Source: Ranitomeya imitator (lineage: Eukaryota). Taken from it: 64,000 nt of DNA. Each line of letters begins with the position of its first letter. The stretch's first letter is position 1. Below are positions 24,601 to 36,315 of this stretch, in pieces. The stretch lies in NCBI RefSeq assembly GCF_032444005.1, contig NC_091289.1, forward strand, positions 123,256,001-123,320,000, in the 5' to 3' direction. The notes beneath the pieces were generated by a model. It was not told the origin of the DNA, searched no databases, and was given only the letters and a program-made list of their open reading frames with translations. A program made the position numbers and the translations under genes.

Positions 24601-27504
24601 GTCCAAGCCATCCATGATTGGACTCAGCCGACATCTCTGAAAAGTCTGCAAAAGTTCCTGGGCTTTGCTAATTTTTATCGTCGCTTCATCTGCAATTTTT
24701 CTAGTATTGCTAAACCATTGACCGATTTGACCAAGAAGGGTGCTGATGTGGTCAATTGGTCTTCTGCTGCTGTGGAAGCTTTTCAAGAGATGAAGCGTCG
24801 TTTTTCTTCTGCCCCTGTGTTGTGTCAACCAGATGTTTCGCTTCCATTCCAGGTCGAGGTTGATGCTTCTGAGATTGGAGCAGGGGCTGTTTTGTCACAA
24901 AGAAGTTCTGATTGCTCGGTGATGAAACCATGCGCCTTCTTTTCCAGGAAGTTTTCGCCTGCTGAGCGAAATTATGATGTGGGCAATCGAGACTTGCTGG
25001 CCATGAAGTGGGCATTCGAGGAGTGGCGTCATTGGCTTGAAGGAGCTAAGCATCGCGTGGTGGTCTTGACTGATCATAAGAACTTGACTTATCTCGAGTC
25101 TGCCAAGCGGTTGAATCCTAGACAGGCTCGTTGGTCGCTGTTTTTTGCCCGTTTTGACTTTGTGATTTCGTACCTTCCGGGCTCTAAAAATGTGAAGGCG
25201 GATGCTCTGTCTAGGAGTTTTGTGCCCGACTCTCCGGGTTTATCTGAGCCGGTGGGTATCCTCAAAGAGGGAGTAATTGTGTCTGCCATCTCCCCTGATT
25301 TGCGGCGGGTGCTGCAAAAATTTCAGGCTAGCAAACCTGATCGTTGCCCAGCGGAGAAACTGTTTGTCCCTGATAGGTGGACGAATAAAGTTATCTCTGA
25401 GGTTCATTGTTCGGTGTTGGCTGGTCATCCTGGAATCTTTGGTACCAGAGAGTTGGTGGCTAGATCCTTTTGGTGGCCATCTCTGTCGCGGGATGTGCGT
25501 TCTTTTGTGCAGTCCTGTGGGATTTGTGCTCGGGCTAAGCCCTGCTGTTCTCGTGCCAGTGGGTTGCTTTTGCCCTTGCTGGTCCCGAAGAGGCCTTGGA
25601 CACATATGTCTATGGATTTTATTTCAGATCTTCCCATCTCTCAAAAGATGTCAGTCATTTGGGTGGTCTGTGATCGCTTCTCTAAGATGGTCCATTTGGT
25701 ACCCTTGTCTAAATTACCTTCCTCCTCTGATTTGGTGCCATTGTTTTTCCAGCATGTGGTTCGTTTACGAGGCATTCCAGAGAATATCGTTTCTGACAGA
25801 GGTTCCCAGTTTGTTTCGAGGTTTTGGTGAGCCTTTTGTGGTAGGATGGGCATTGACTTGTCTTTTTCCTCGGCTTTCCATCCTCAGACTAATGGCCAGA
25901 CCGAACGAACCAATCAGACCTTGGAAACATATCTGAGATGCTTTGTTTCTGCTGATCAGGATGACTGGGTGTCCTTTTTGCCTTTGGCTGAGTTCGCCCT
26001 TAATAATCGGGCCAGCTCGGCTACCTTGGTTTCGCCGTTTTTCTGCAACTCTGGGTTCCATCCTCGTTTCTCTTCAGGGCAGGTTGAGTCTTCGGACTGT
26101 CCTGGTGTGGATACTGTGGTGGACAGGTTGCAGCAGATTTGGACTCATGTAGTGGACAATTTGACCTTGTCTCAGGAGAAGGTTCAACGTTTCGCTAATC
26201 GCAGACGCTGTGTGGGTCCCCGACTTCGTGTTGGGGATTTGGTTTGGTTATCTTCTCATCATATTCCTATGAAGGTTTCCTCTCCTAAGTTTAAACCTCG
26301 TTTCATTGGTCCGTATGGGATTTCTGAGGTTCTTAATCCTGTGTCTTTTCGTCTGACCCTTCCAGATTCTTTTTCCATACATAACGTATTCCATAGGTCA
26401 TTGTTGCGGAGGTACGTGGCACCTATGGTTCCATCTGTTGATCCTCCTGCCCCGGTTTTGGTGGAGGGGGAGTTGGAGTATATTGTGGAGAAGATTTTGG
26501 ATTCTCGTCTTTCAAGACGGAAACTCCAGTATCTGGTTAAGTGGAAGGGTTATGCTCAGGAAGATAATTCCTGGGTCTTTGCCTCTGATGTCCATGCTCC
26601 CGATCTTGTTCGTGCCTTTCATATGGCTCATCCTGGTCGTCCTGGGGGCTCTGGTGAGGGTTCGGTGACCCCTCCTCAAGGGGGGGGTACTGTTGTGAAT
26701 TCTGTGGCAGAGCTCCCTCCTGTGGTCACAAGTGGTACTTCGGCTGATTCTCTCTGTGAGCTTCCGTTGGTGGAGGAAAGTGGTACTGCGGCTTCTGAGT
26801 TTCCTTCCTCAGGTGATGTGGTGAAGTCGTTAGGTGCTGCTCTATTTAACTCCACCTAGTGCTTTGATCCTGGCCTCCAGTCAATGTTCTAGTATTGGAC
26901 CTGTTTCCTCCTGGATCGTTCCTGTGGCCTGCTGCTCTGCATAGCTAAATTCCGCTTTGCTATTTTGTTTGCTGTTTTTTTTCTGTCCAGCTTGTCTATT
27001 TGTTTTTTCTTGCTTGCTGGAAGCTCTGGGACGCAGAGCGTGTACCTCCGTGCCGTTAGTTCGGTACGGAGGGTTTTTTTGCCCCCTTTGCGTGGTTGTT
27101 TGTAGGGTTTTGTGTTGACCGCAAAGTTACCTTTCCTATCCTCGCTCTGTTTAGTAAGTCGGGCCTCACTTTGCTAAATCTATTTCATCTCTACGTTTGT
27201 CTTTTCATCTTACTCACAGTCATTATATGTGGGGGCTGCCTTTTCCTTTGGGGTATTTCTCTGAGGCAAGGTAGGCTTATTTTCTATCTTCAGGCTAGCT
27301 AGTTTCTCAGGCTGTGCCGAGTTGCATAGGGAGCGTTAGGCGCAATCCACGGCTGCCTCTAGTGTGGTTGGAGAGGATTAGGGATTGCGGTCAGCAGAGT
27401 TCCCACGTCTCAGAGCTCGTTCTATGTTTTTGGGTTATTGTCAGATCACTGTATGTGCTCTGACTTCTATGTCCATTGTGGTACTGAATTACCTCATCAT
27501 AACA
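21679..27504 (+). mobile_element. Full-length sushi/Tf1-type chromoviral Gypsy LTR retrotransposon (element 1)
   Basis: 814-bp LTRs 21679-22492 and 26691-27504 (TG...CA), about ten differences by eye; GGTCTC duplicated on both sides; PPT 26678-26688. Confidence 0.97.
22629..26859 (+). pseudogene. Single-frame Gag-Pol (gag, CCHC, PR, RT, RH, INT, chromodomain) with one nonsense codon at 25828-25830
   Basis: CFYCGDSTHAISDC; AFVDSG; YLDD; integrase core; EYIVEKILDSR...YLVKWKGY chromodomain; ORFs 22606-25830 and 25846-26859 share one frame; TGA corresponds to CGA in element 2. Confidence 0.95.
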
Positions 27505-29445
27505 GGTCTCCAAGGACGGGAGGGATTGGGACATGTTATTGCCCTATCTGATGTTCGCTATCCGCGAGGTACCACAGGCTTCCACGAGTTTCTCTCCTTC
27601 TGAGCTATTGTATGGCAGGCATCCAAGGGGGTTGCTGGACGTAGCTAAGGTGACGTGAGAACAGGAGCCAACTCCGCATCGGAACGTAATTGAGCATGTA
27701 GCAAGCATGCAGGACCGGATTACAGCAGTCAGGCCAAGAGTGAAGGCGCATCTAATGGATCCCCAAGCTGCACAGAGCCACACATGTAATAAAAGAGCCA
27801 CAGTCATGACCAATAAAGAAGGGGACCTGGAGTTGGTACTAGTACCCACCACAGAGAGTAAACTCATGGCCAAGTGGCTAGGGCCATATGAGATTCGGGG
27901 AAAGGAGGGAGAAGTGAATCATAGAGTGATCCAGCCTAGAAAGAAAAAAACAGAACAACTATACCATTTGAACCTTATAAAAGCATGGAAGGACCGGGAA
28001 TGTTTCGTCACAGAGGGGACCCCAGTCATACCAACAGGGAGCCCTCTGTGAGGTGAGCCCTCTGTGAGGTTAAGATAAATGACGCTCTCACAAAACATCA
28101 GCGATGAGAGGCTCGAGTTTTGGTGCAACAGAATATGGACGTAATCTCAGAACTGCCAGGTCGGATATCGGTGGTCCAGCACGACATTGTCATTGAACCT
28201 CGGGTAAGGGTATGGATGAAACCGTATCGAGTGCCACAGGCACGGAGGCAAGCCATTGTGGCTGAAGTGAAGCAAATGCTCCAGTTATGAGTCATCGAGG
28301 AATGCCGGAGTGGGCTAGCCCCATTGCCCTAATTCTGAAGCCTGATGAGTCATTACACTTTAGTAATGACTTCAGGAAATTGAATGTGGTATCAAAGTTT
28401 GACCTCTGTCCAGTCCACCAGGGGGATGAGCTAATTGAGAGATTGGAGGAGGCCTGGTACTTCACCACGCTCGACCCAAAAGCTACTGGCAGGTCCCACA
28501 GAATCAGCAAAATAAAAGACCGCATTTATATGTTGTCATGCCGTTTGGATTACATGGGGCTCTGGCCACATTCCAGAGGCTGATGGACATAGTGTTAGAG
28601 CATCATCAGAACTACGCGTCGGCATATTTAGATTTCATAGTCATCTTTAGTACCAGCTGAAAAACCCACCTGTCCCTGGTACAAGCAGTGCTGGATTCTC
28701 TCAGAATCGCGGGGTTAACAGCGAACCCAAGAAAATGTGTGATAGGACTCACGGATGCCTGGTACTTAGGATACGTGATTGGCTGTGGGGTTATCAAACA
28801 CCAAATAAATAAGATTGAGGTCATCCAAAACTGGCCCAAACCTTTAAGCACAAAACAGGTGAGGGCATTCCTTGGCAACATTGGCTACTACCACCGGTTT
28901 ATACCCAATGTTGCTGAGAGATTGGCATCCCTAACCAACCTGTTAAAGGGTAAGAAGTCGGTTATGGTCTGGTGGAATACTCAAGCAGAGGAAGCATTCC
29001 AGTTCCTGAAGTCAAAGTTGTGTGAACAGCTGGTCCTCATCATCCCCAACTTCACAAAAACGTTTATCGTGCAAAGAGATGCCTCAGAGTTAGACCTAGG
29101 AGAGTTACTGTTACAAGAAATGACAGGGGATGAACATCCGATCACCTACTTGAGCAGGAAACTGACCCCGGACGAGAAAAATTATAACATAGTGGAGAAA
29201 GAGTGCTTTTCGATTAAGTGGGCCTTGGAATCCCTACGCTATTATTTGCTCGGGCATCAGTTTCATTTAGTAACGGACCATTCACCCCTGGTCTTGATGA
29301 GAAATGCAAAGGAAAGGAATACTTGGGTCACCAGATGGTTCCTGTCCCTACAAAACTTCAGTTTTTCAGTAAACATCGGGCAAGGAAATATGGATGCCCT
29401 GTTGCTGGCACCCTGTATGGTGGCCAATGTTCAACCCCACAAGTT
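27505..29445 (+). pseudogene. Gmr1-like integrase C-terminus, RT and RNase H
   Basis: KDGRDWDMLLPYLMFAIREVPQAST...; WASPIALILKPDESLHFSNDFRKLN; RDASELDLG...HPITYLSRKL...VTDHSPL; 16-bp tandem duplication at 28040-28071. Confidence 0.88.
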
Positions 29446-30160
29446 TGAACACCGGGGGATATGTGAGACAATGAGGGGATCATATGCGAGGGTCGATATG
29501 TATCCCGCAGGATGTGAATGGAAGCATATAAAAGCCACTGGTGTGCATTGCAGTCACGGAGATAGCTGTGGTTGCAGTGCAGACTAAAAGTAAGTTTGGT
29601 CTTGGACAAGCTTTTTGTTCAAGGCAGTTTTAAGAAAACCCAGCATGGGCTTTTATTTTTGGAGTGAACTACAGGATGGTAGTGGTGCAGTTCGCTCCCT
29701 CCAGCTAGGTCTTACAAGTGGCCCATAGCCACAGATTCCATTGAAAAACCCTGCAGCAAAGGTTTGGGTGTGTCAGTGTTTGTTTGCTAGCTGCAGGTGG
29801 CTTTACAACAGCCGGCTTGTGTGAGGTAACACAGAGCCAGAAAAGTGAACGCCTGGCGCCCCTCAGCGTGACACGGCGGTGCAGTCGCCCACGTCGATAG
29901 GTCTCGGATGCGGACTGCCTTGACACCCCGGCTGTGATATGGACGATACCACTTGCTTTCTATTTGTAAGTTGCTTTGGACATTGAAAATTTTGCTTTGA
30001 ATTTTTATGTGGTCCCTGCCTATCTGCTGCACTGCACCAACCCCACTGCACTACAATGTAAACAGAACTTACCCTGATGAGAACTCTGACAGCCTATGCT
30101 CACTGAACGATTTATTACAGATCGCTCAGTGTGCATTGTTTACTGTGGGCTGACTATGTA

Positions 30161-31787
30161 CAGTGCCTTGTGAAAGTATTCAGCCCCCTGGAACATTTCA
30201 ACCTTTTCCCACATATCATGCTTCAAACATAAAGATACCAAATGAAATTTTTTTTGAAGAATTAACAACAAGTGGAACACAATTGTGAAGTTGAACGAAA
30301 TTTATTGGTTATTTTAAATTTTTGTGGAAATTCAAAAACTGAAAAGTGGGGCGTGCAATATTATTTGGCCACTTTAACTTAATACTTTGTTGCCCCACCT
30401 TTTGCTGCGATTACAGCTGCCAGATGCTTGGGGTATGTCTCTATCAGTTTTGCACATTGAGAAACTGAAATTCTTGCCCATTCTTCCTTGGCAAGCAGCT
30501 CGAGCTCAGTGACGTTTGATGGAGATCATTTGTGAACAGCAGTTTTCAGCTCTTTCCACAGATTCTACATTGGATTGAGGTCTGGACTTTGACTTGGCCA
30601 TTCTAACACCTTGATATGTTTATTTGTGAACCATTCCATTGAAGATTTTGCTTTATGTTTGGGATCATTATCTTGTTGGAAGACAAATCTCTGTCCCAGT
30701 CTCAGGTCTTTTGCAGACTCCAAAAGGTTTTCTTCAAGAATGGTCCTGTATTTGGCTCCATCCATCTTCCCATCAATTTAACCATCTTCCCTGTCCCAGC
30801 TGAAGAAAAGCAGGCCCAAACCATGATGCTGCCACCACAATGTTTGACAGTGTGGAAGGTGTGTTCAGGGTGATGAGCTGTGTTCCCTTTACGCCAAACA
30901 TATCATTTGGCATTGTTGCCAAAAAGTTCGATTTTGGTTTCATCTGACCAGAGCACCTTCTTCCACATGTTTGGTGTGTCTCCCAGGTGGCTTTTTGCAA
31001 ACTTTAAACACCACTTTTTATAGATATCTTTGAGAAATGGCTTTCTTCTTGCCACTCTTCCATAAAGGCCAGATTTGTGCAGTGTACGACTGATTGTTGT
31101 CCTATGGACAGACTGTCCCACCTCAGCTGTAGATCTCTACAGTTCATCCAGAGTGATCATGGGTCTCTTGGCTGCATCTCTGATCAGTCTTCTCCTCTTT
31201 TGAGATGAAAGTTTAGAGGGACGGCCGGTCTTGGTAGATTTGCAGTGGTATGATACTCCTTCCATTTCAATATGATCTCTTGCACAGTGCTCCTTGGGAT
31301 GTTTAAAGTTTTGGAAATCATTTTGTATCCAAATCCGGCTTTAAACTTTTCCACAGCAGTATCACGGACCTGCCTGTTGTGTTCCTTGGTCTTCACGATG
31401 CTCTCTGTGCTTCAAACAGAACCCTGCGACTATCAGAGAGGAGGTGCATTTATACGGAGACTTGATTACACACAGGTGGATTATATTTATCATCATTAGG
31501 CATTTAGGACAACATTGGATCATTCAGAGATCCACAATGAACTTCTGGAGTGAATTTGCTGCACTGAAAGTAAAGGGGCCGAATAATATTGCACGCCACA
31601 CATTTCAGTTTTTGAATTTCCACAAAAATTTAAAATAGCCAATACATTTCTTTCAACTTCACAATTGTGTTCCACTTGTTGTTGATTCTTCACCAAAAAT
31701 TTACATTTGGTATCTTTATGTTTGAAGCATGATATGTGGGAAAAGGTTGAAAAGTTCCAGGGGGGCGAATACTTTTGCAAGGCACTG
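30161..31787 (-). mobile_element. Full-length Tc1-like IR/DR transposon with disrupted transposase (~31396-30520)
   Basis: TA|CAGTGCCTTG...CAAGGCACTG|TA, ~230 bp TIRs; MKTKEHNRQVRD..., [37 protein letters not shown]. Confidence 0.93.
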
Positions 31788-32100
31788 TAAAAAGGCTATT
31801 AAATGACCGCTGATCAGTAAATATTTACCAATCAGCGGTTGTTTATTGCTGATGGTCAGTCCATGTAAACGAACTTTAACCTTCTCTTCTAGTAGTCACT
31901 GCCTTCCTCCAATTGTAAATGATTCACAGGTTTATGGAAGGCCCTTTACTATAAAGCTAAACTTAGAATTCTTTCAATTTTGACTGGACAACCCCTTTAA
32001 TATTTATCAAAAACAGCCAAGCATTCCATAAGAACTGTCTTAGTATATATTTTATTCAAGGATTATACACCGTAAGGGTTAAAACACCCAAAATTTATTA

Positions 32101-33215
32101 TCTATAGTATAATCGGAGATGTGTCCTTATATCCGAAGCCTCGGCACCTGCGCAAGCGCACACTGCACTAGCGCAACATTTCATTGAAGACACTGTGTGA
32201 ATTCACAGACACGGTGTCTTCAACAAAATGTCATCACAGTGCATTGCAGCGCATGAATTTGCAGGGTCTATGTGCCACAATATACGCTGTCGGCCAATCA
32301 CATGCTAGCAGCTGACGTCGGCTTGCACATGACTGGGTGCATGACAGTGACATCAGGCACCCCATCACTTGGACACTGAAGTCAGCTGCCAACTTCAGAA
32401 GATAATAACACGCTGCAGAGGAGTGGGGAAAAGATGAAGAGGAGCATTTAATTTATTTATTTTTTATGCATTGAACAACAGCAGCCCAGGCAGAAGGACA
32501 TAAACTAGGATGGAGCATATATACAAGGATGGAGCGCATATACCATGATGGGGAACATATATAATGATAGGGGACATATACCAGGATGGGGTGCATATAC
32601 CATGATGGGGAACATATATGATGATGGGGGACATATACAGTACCAGGTTGGGGACATATACAGTGATAGGGGACATATACCAGGATGGGGTGCATATACC
32701 AGGATGGGGAGTAGAATATGAAATCATATACAAGGATGGGGTGGCATATAGAAGGATGGGGAGCATATACCAGGATGGGGGTAATATACTAGAATGGGGG
32801 AGCATTTGCCAGGATGGGGGGACATATACCAGAATGGGGGATGCATACCAGGATGGAGGAGCATATTCCTTTATATCTGCAGTCGGATATCCAGCTCTTA
32901 TCTGTGGCTGCACTTTGTTGCCTCTGCCTGCTCTGCTGCCCTGTGTTCTCTCTGCTGCCCCGTCAGCTTTCTGTATGAGTTGTTTTTATTAAATTAAAAA
33001 CTCAGTATTCAAGTTATATTGCCTTTTTTGGCACTTGGTCTCTAACAGGTTCACCATTACTGTTGTAGTACATTACTTCAATAAATGCCAACATTTTATT
33101 GAAGACACTGTATATGCGAATTCGCAGACACAGTGTCTTAAGAAAATGGCTTAAAATTAGTAATGTAGCAATAAAAATTATCGCCACCTGGGCTTAGAAT
33201 GGGTTCAATAGCTAG
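32101..33215 (+). mobile_element. Probable non-autonomous Helitron carrying a minisatellite
   Basis: A|TCTATAGTATAA start and AATGGGTTCAATAGCTAG|T end (A/T insertion, no TSD); terminal hairpin is weak. Confidence 0.5.
32500..32865. repeat. Degenerate ~19-bp minisatellite (CATATACCAGGATGGGG-type)
   Basis: More than 15 imperfect units; explains the spurious repetitive ORFs at 32453-32997. Confidence 0.9.
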
Positions 33216-33356
33216 TCATATATAATAGAAAATTATTTACAACATTTCACACTACTGTCTGCCATTTACACCAACAGATAATCTCATTTCCAACATCAGT
33301 TGCAATTATCCTAAAATAAAACCTTCCTATTACTTGTAATGGAGTTGACTAATAAT

Positions 33357-33748
33357 AGGGTCACACGAGCGTGTAGTCTCTCATCCAAAAGAATTGGGTC
33401 AATTATGCTAATCACACTCTGATCAGAGTTTGATCAGAGTGTGAGCACAGTGTCATCTGATTCTCTTTGATCAGTAGAAGACGGAAAAAAAAATGTTTGC
33501 ATCTTCTGCATTCTGCCAGTTCGTGGCTGCGATCTGTGTGCAGTCTGATGTTTTCCATGAACTCACTGACTTGCATGGACGAGTGCGATCATAATGTCAG
33601 ATTAAACTTGGGCATGCAGCAGCATTGTCTGTCCACGGATAATAATCGGACATGTGCATGGCCCCATAGACTAACATTGGTCTGAATGCTAGCCGAAGTT
33701 TTGTCAAATCTCACTTGTACTGGAAATAGTTGTCTGTGCAAGCCCTTA
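33357..33748. mobile_element. Old Harbinger-type MITE
   Basis: Degenerate ends AGGGTCACACGAGCG / GTCTGTGCAAGCCCT|TA; interior resembles 41778-42122. Confidence 0.4.
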
Positions 33749-33803
33749 CAGATATCTGTTTATACACTGCACTCATTGCATTTAACAGACAGATTTTAAG
33801 CAT

Positions 33804-33861
33804 GTCAGATGAATTTTCTGTCAGATGAATTTTCCGTCAGATGAATTTTCCGTCAGATGAA
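33804..33861. repeat. 16-bp tandem repeat GTCAGATGAATTTTCC x3.6
   Basis: Direct reading. Confidence 0.9.
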
Positions 33862-34325
33862 ACAGATTTCAGTTAGATCAAATTGGCATTTACAATCACC
33901 ATTTTTTGCCTAATTGGACAAAAAAGGGTCATATACTTGTACGTGTAATACACGGTTTTCAGTCTGAAAGGGCTAATTCACGTTATCACTTTATTATCTC
34001 AAGTGTTTAATTTAGCTAGAAATCAACAACTGGAGGATCAGAACTAGTGAGGGGTAGGTCACCATTCTGTTTAATTATTAGTGGCATAAAGACAAAGTTA
34101 TATATACTTCCCTCTAATAGAGATCTGTGAACCATTATCTTTCTTACCAGATGTAACATTCCCACAGTGACACTTGTACAGCTCATACAGAAGGACAGAA
34201 AGTCACAGAAATCTATGAAAATGATTCCGTCACAGAACTTAACTTTTCCTATAAATCAATAGGGTGATGATGATCATTACATATAGAAACCAAGAGACTT
34301 GCTTATTTTACATATATTACAATAA

Positions 34326-34963
34326 GACACAAAGGAGCACAGTGAGGTCAAAAATACTCTGTTGTAAAAAAATCACAGTAATAAGCAAGTGCTAGTCCAA
34401 AGATGGAAAAAAACAGGGTATTTAGTTGATACTTTTTTTTGCAAAAAAAGTATACTAAGCTGCTCCACCAAACGTCAAGGTATACCCATATAGAGCAGTC
34501 CTAACTAATGTATATAATCCCTATCTGATGTATTTAAAAACCTGATCATCTGTATAGTACCTGTATAAGCAGGGTTCAAAGAGGGAATATCCATGTGGAC
34601 CTGCTAGATGGAACAACTTTAGTGCAAATGACCCAGAAAGGAGTGGTGGACTCCCCAGTCTTGTAGAAACAAGAGAACAATTATAGAACCAGAAACACAT
34701 GGGCTACTTGCACATTGAACAAGTCTGTAGGAACATGCTCACACCACCAAGAAACTTGAAGACACAAAAGAGCACAGTGAGGTCAAAAATACTCTGTTGT
34801 AAAAAAAAAATCACAGTAATAAGCAAGGGCTAGTCAAAAGATGGAAAAAACAGGGTATTTAGTTGATACGTTTTTTTGCAAAAAAATGTATACTAAGCTG
34901 CTCCACCAATCGTCAAGGTATACCCATATAGAGCAGTCCTAACTAATGTATGTTTCTGGTTCT
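34326..34963 (-). mobile_element. TSD-flanked partial tandem (435-bp unit x~1.45) with a short terminal inversion
   Basis: 14-bp direct repeat ATATATTACAATAA at 34312-34325 and 34964-34977; unit restarts at 34759; 34951-34966 is the reverse complement of 34682-34697. Confidence 0.75.
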
Positions 34964-35579
34964 ATATATTACAATAATAATATCACACTTTGATATATAT
35001 TGGTATTTTATTATCAATCAGGGAAGGTTCAAACTCTGTATTCTTGCTTTGTCAATACGTATCAAGGACTTTGCATGGCCCCTATTTCTGCGAAAAAGAA
35101 AAGATCTGAACAAAACAGTTTAATGAAAAAGCAATTGTAGAACTACCTTTCTAGACAGGGCAGAAGGCCCCTCTTTTGTCATTCCATGTGCTCTGCAATG
35201 CAATCAGTTGTCCCCAAGCCTGCCAAAGACAGGGCTGAAATGATCTTTCCCAATGTCATTAATCATTAATTTTAAAATGAAATCAGCAAAATAAAAAAGA
35301 GTTGGAGAAGTCAGATACGTTAAGACTTTACATATTTGGAATGCTGCAAAAAATATAAAAAATGTTAGGATTTCCCTTTTTTGATAACTTTGTCTACCCC
35401 CAAAATCTGAAAAAGAAACATACAAATTTGTTATTTTTGCCTTACAGTGAAAAGCATTAAAACAAAACCAGTGCAATGTTGCTGGCATTGCAAGTTTTTC
35501 TCTTTTAATCCCACAGATATCCTTGTTTCTCTAGTCTGATGAAATCATCCTGATTTAAAACCTTCCCATACCTTATAAC

Positions 35580-36311
35580 TAGTGTTGAGCATTCCGATAC
35601 CGCAAGTATCGGGTATCGGCCGATACTTGCGGTATCGGAATTCCGATACCGAGATCCGATACTTTTGTGGTATCGGGTATCGGTATCGGATCAATAGGGA
35701 TGTGTAAAATAAAGAATTAAAATAAAAAATATTGATATGCTCACCTCTCTGGCGGCCCCTGGACATCACGCTGGCAACCGGCCGGCTTCTTTGTTTAAAA
35801 TGAGCGCGTTTACGACCTGCAAATGACGTCGCGGCTTCTGATTGGTCGCGTGCCGCTCATGTGACCGCCACGCGACCAATCAGAAGCCGCGACGTCATTC
35901 TCATTCACTAAACTCCTAATTCTAGGAATTAAGGACCTGCGAATGACGTTACGGCTTCTGATTGGTCGCGTGGCGGTCACATGAGCGGCACGCGACCAAT
36001 CAGAAGCCGCGACGTCATTCGCAGGTCCTAAACGCGCTCATTTTAAACAAAGAAGCCGGCCGGTTACCAGCGTGATGTCCAGGGGCCGCCGGAGAGGTGA
36101 GCATATCAATATTTTTTATTTTAATTCTTTATTTTACACCTCACTATGGATCCCAGGGCCTGAAGGAGAGTTTCCTCTCCTTCAGACCCTGGGAACCATC
36201 AGGATACATTCCGATACTTGATGTCCCATTGACTTGTATTGGTATCGGATATCGGTATCGGCGATATCCGATATTTTTCGGGTATAGGCCGATACTATCC
36301 GATACCGATAA
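35580..36311 (+). mobile_element. hAT-type palindromic MITE, right end truncated
   Basis: Same family as the complete copy at 60661-61424 (TAGTGTTGAGC terminus, GATACCG repeats, central palindrome). Confidence 0.85.
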
Positions 36312-36315
36312 TTCA

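Larger units (their letters stand above)
19145..30055 (+). mobile_element. Gmr1-like Gypsy LTR retrotransposon (decayed), interrupted by a chromoviral element
   Basis: Truncated 5' LTR 19145-19478; PBS 19479-19497; gag-SCAN, CCHC, DSG protease, integrase, then RT and RNase H; PPT ~29449-29460; 3' LTR 29462-30055 (TG...CA). Confidence 0.9.

Noticed and set aside
22975-26061. Antisense and alternative-frame ORFs overlapping Gag-Pol, repeated in element 2
   Set aside because: Shadow ORFs shared because the two elements are homologous; no independent coding evidence.
30075-30100. CCCTGATGAGAACTC hammerhead-like string
   Set aside because: No GAAA follows the stem.
32453-32997. Repetitive Y/P/G-rich ORFs
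   Set aside because: Translations of a minisatellite on both strands.
35640-36311. GATACCG repeat clusters and long palindromes, superficially CRISPR-like or regulatory
   Set aside because: Internal structure of a hAT MITE family (complete copy with 8-bp TSD at 60661); no unique spacers and a eukaryotic context.
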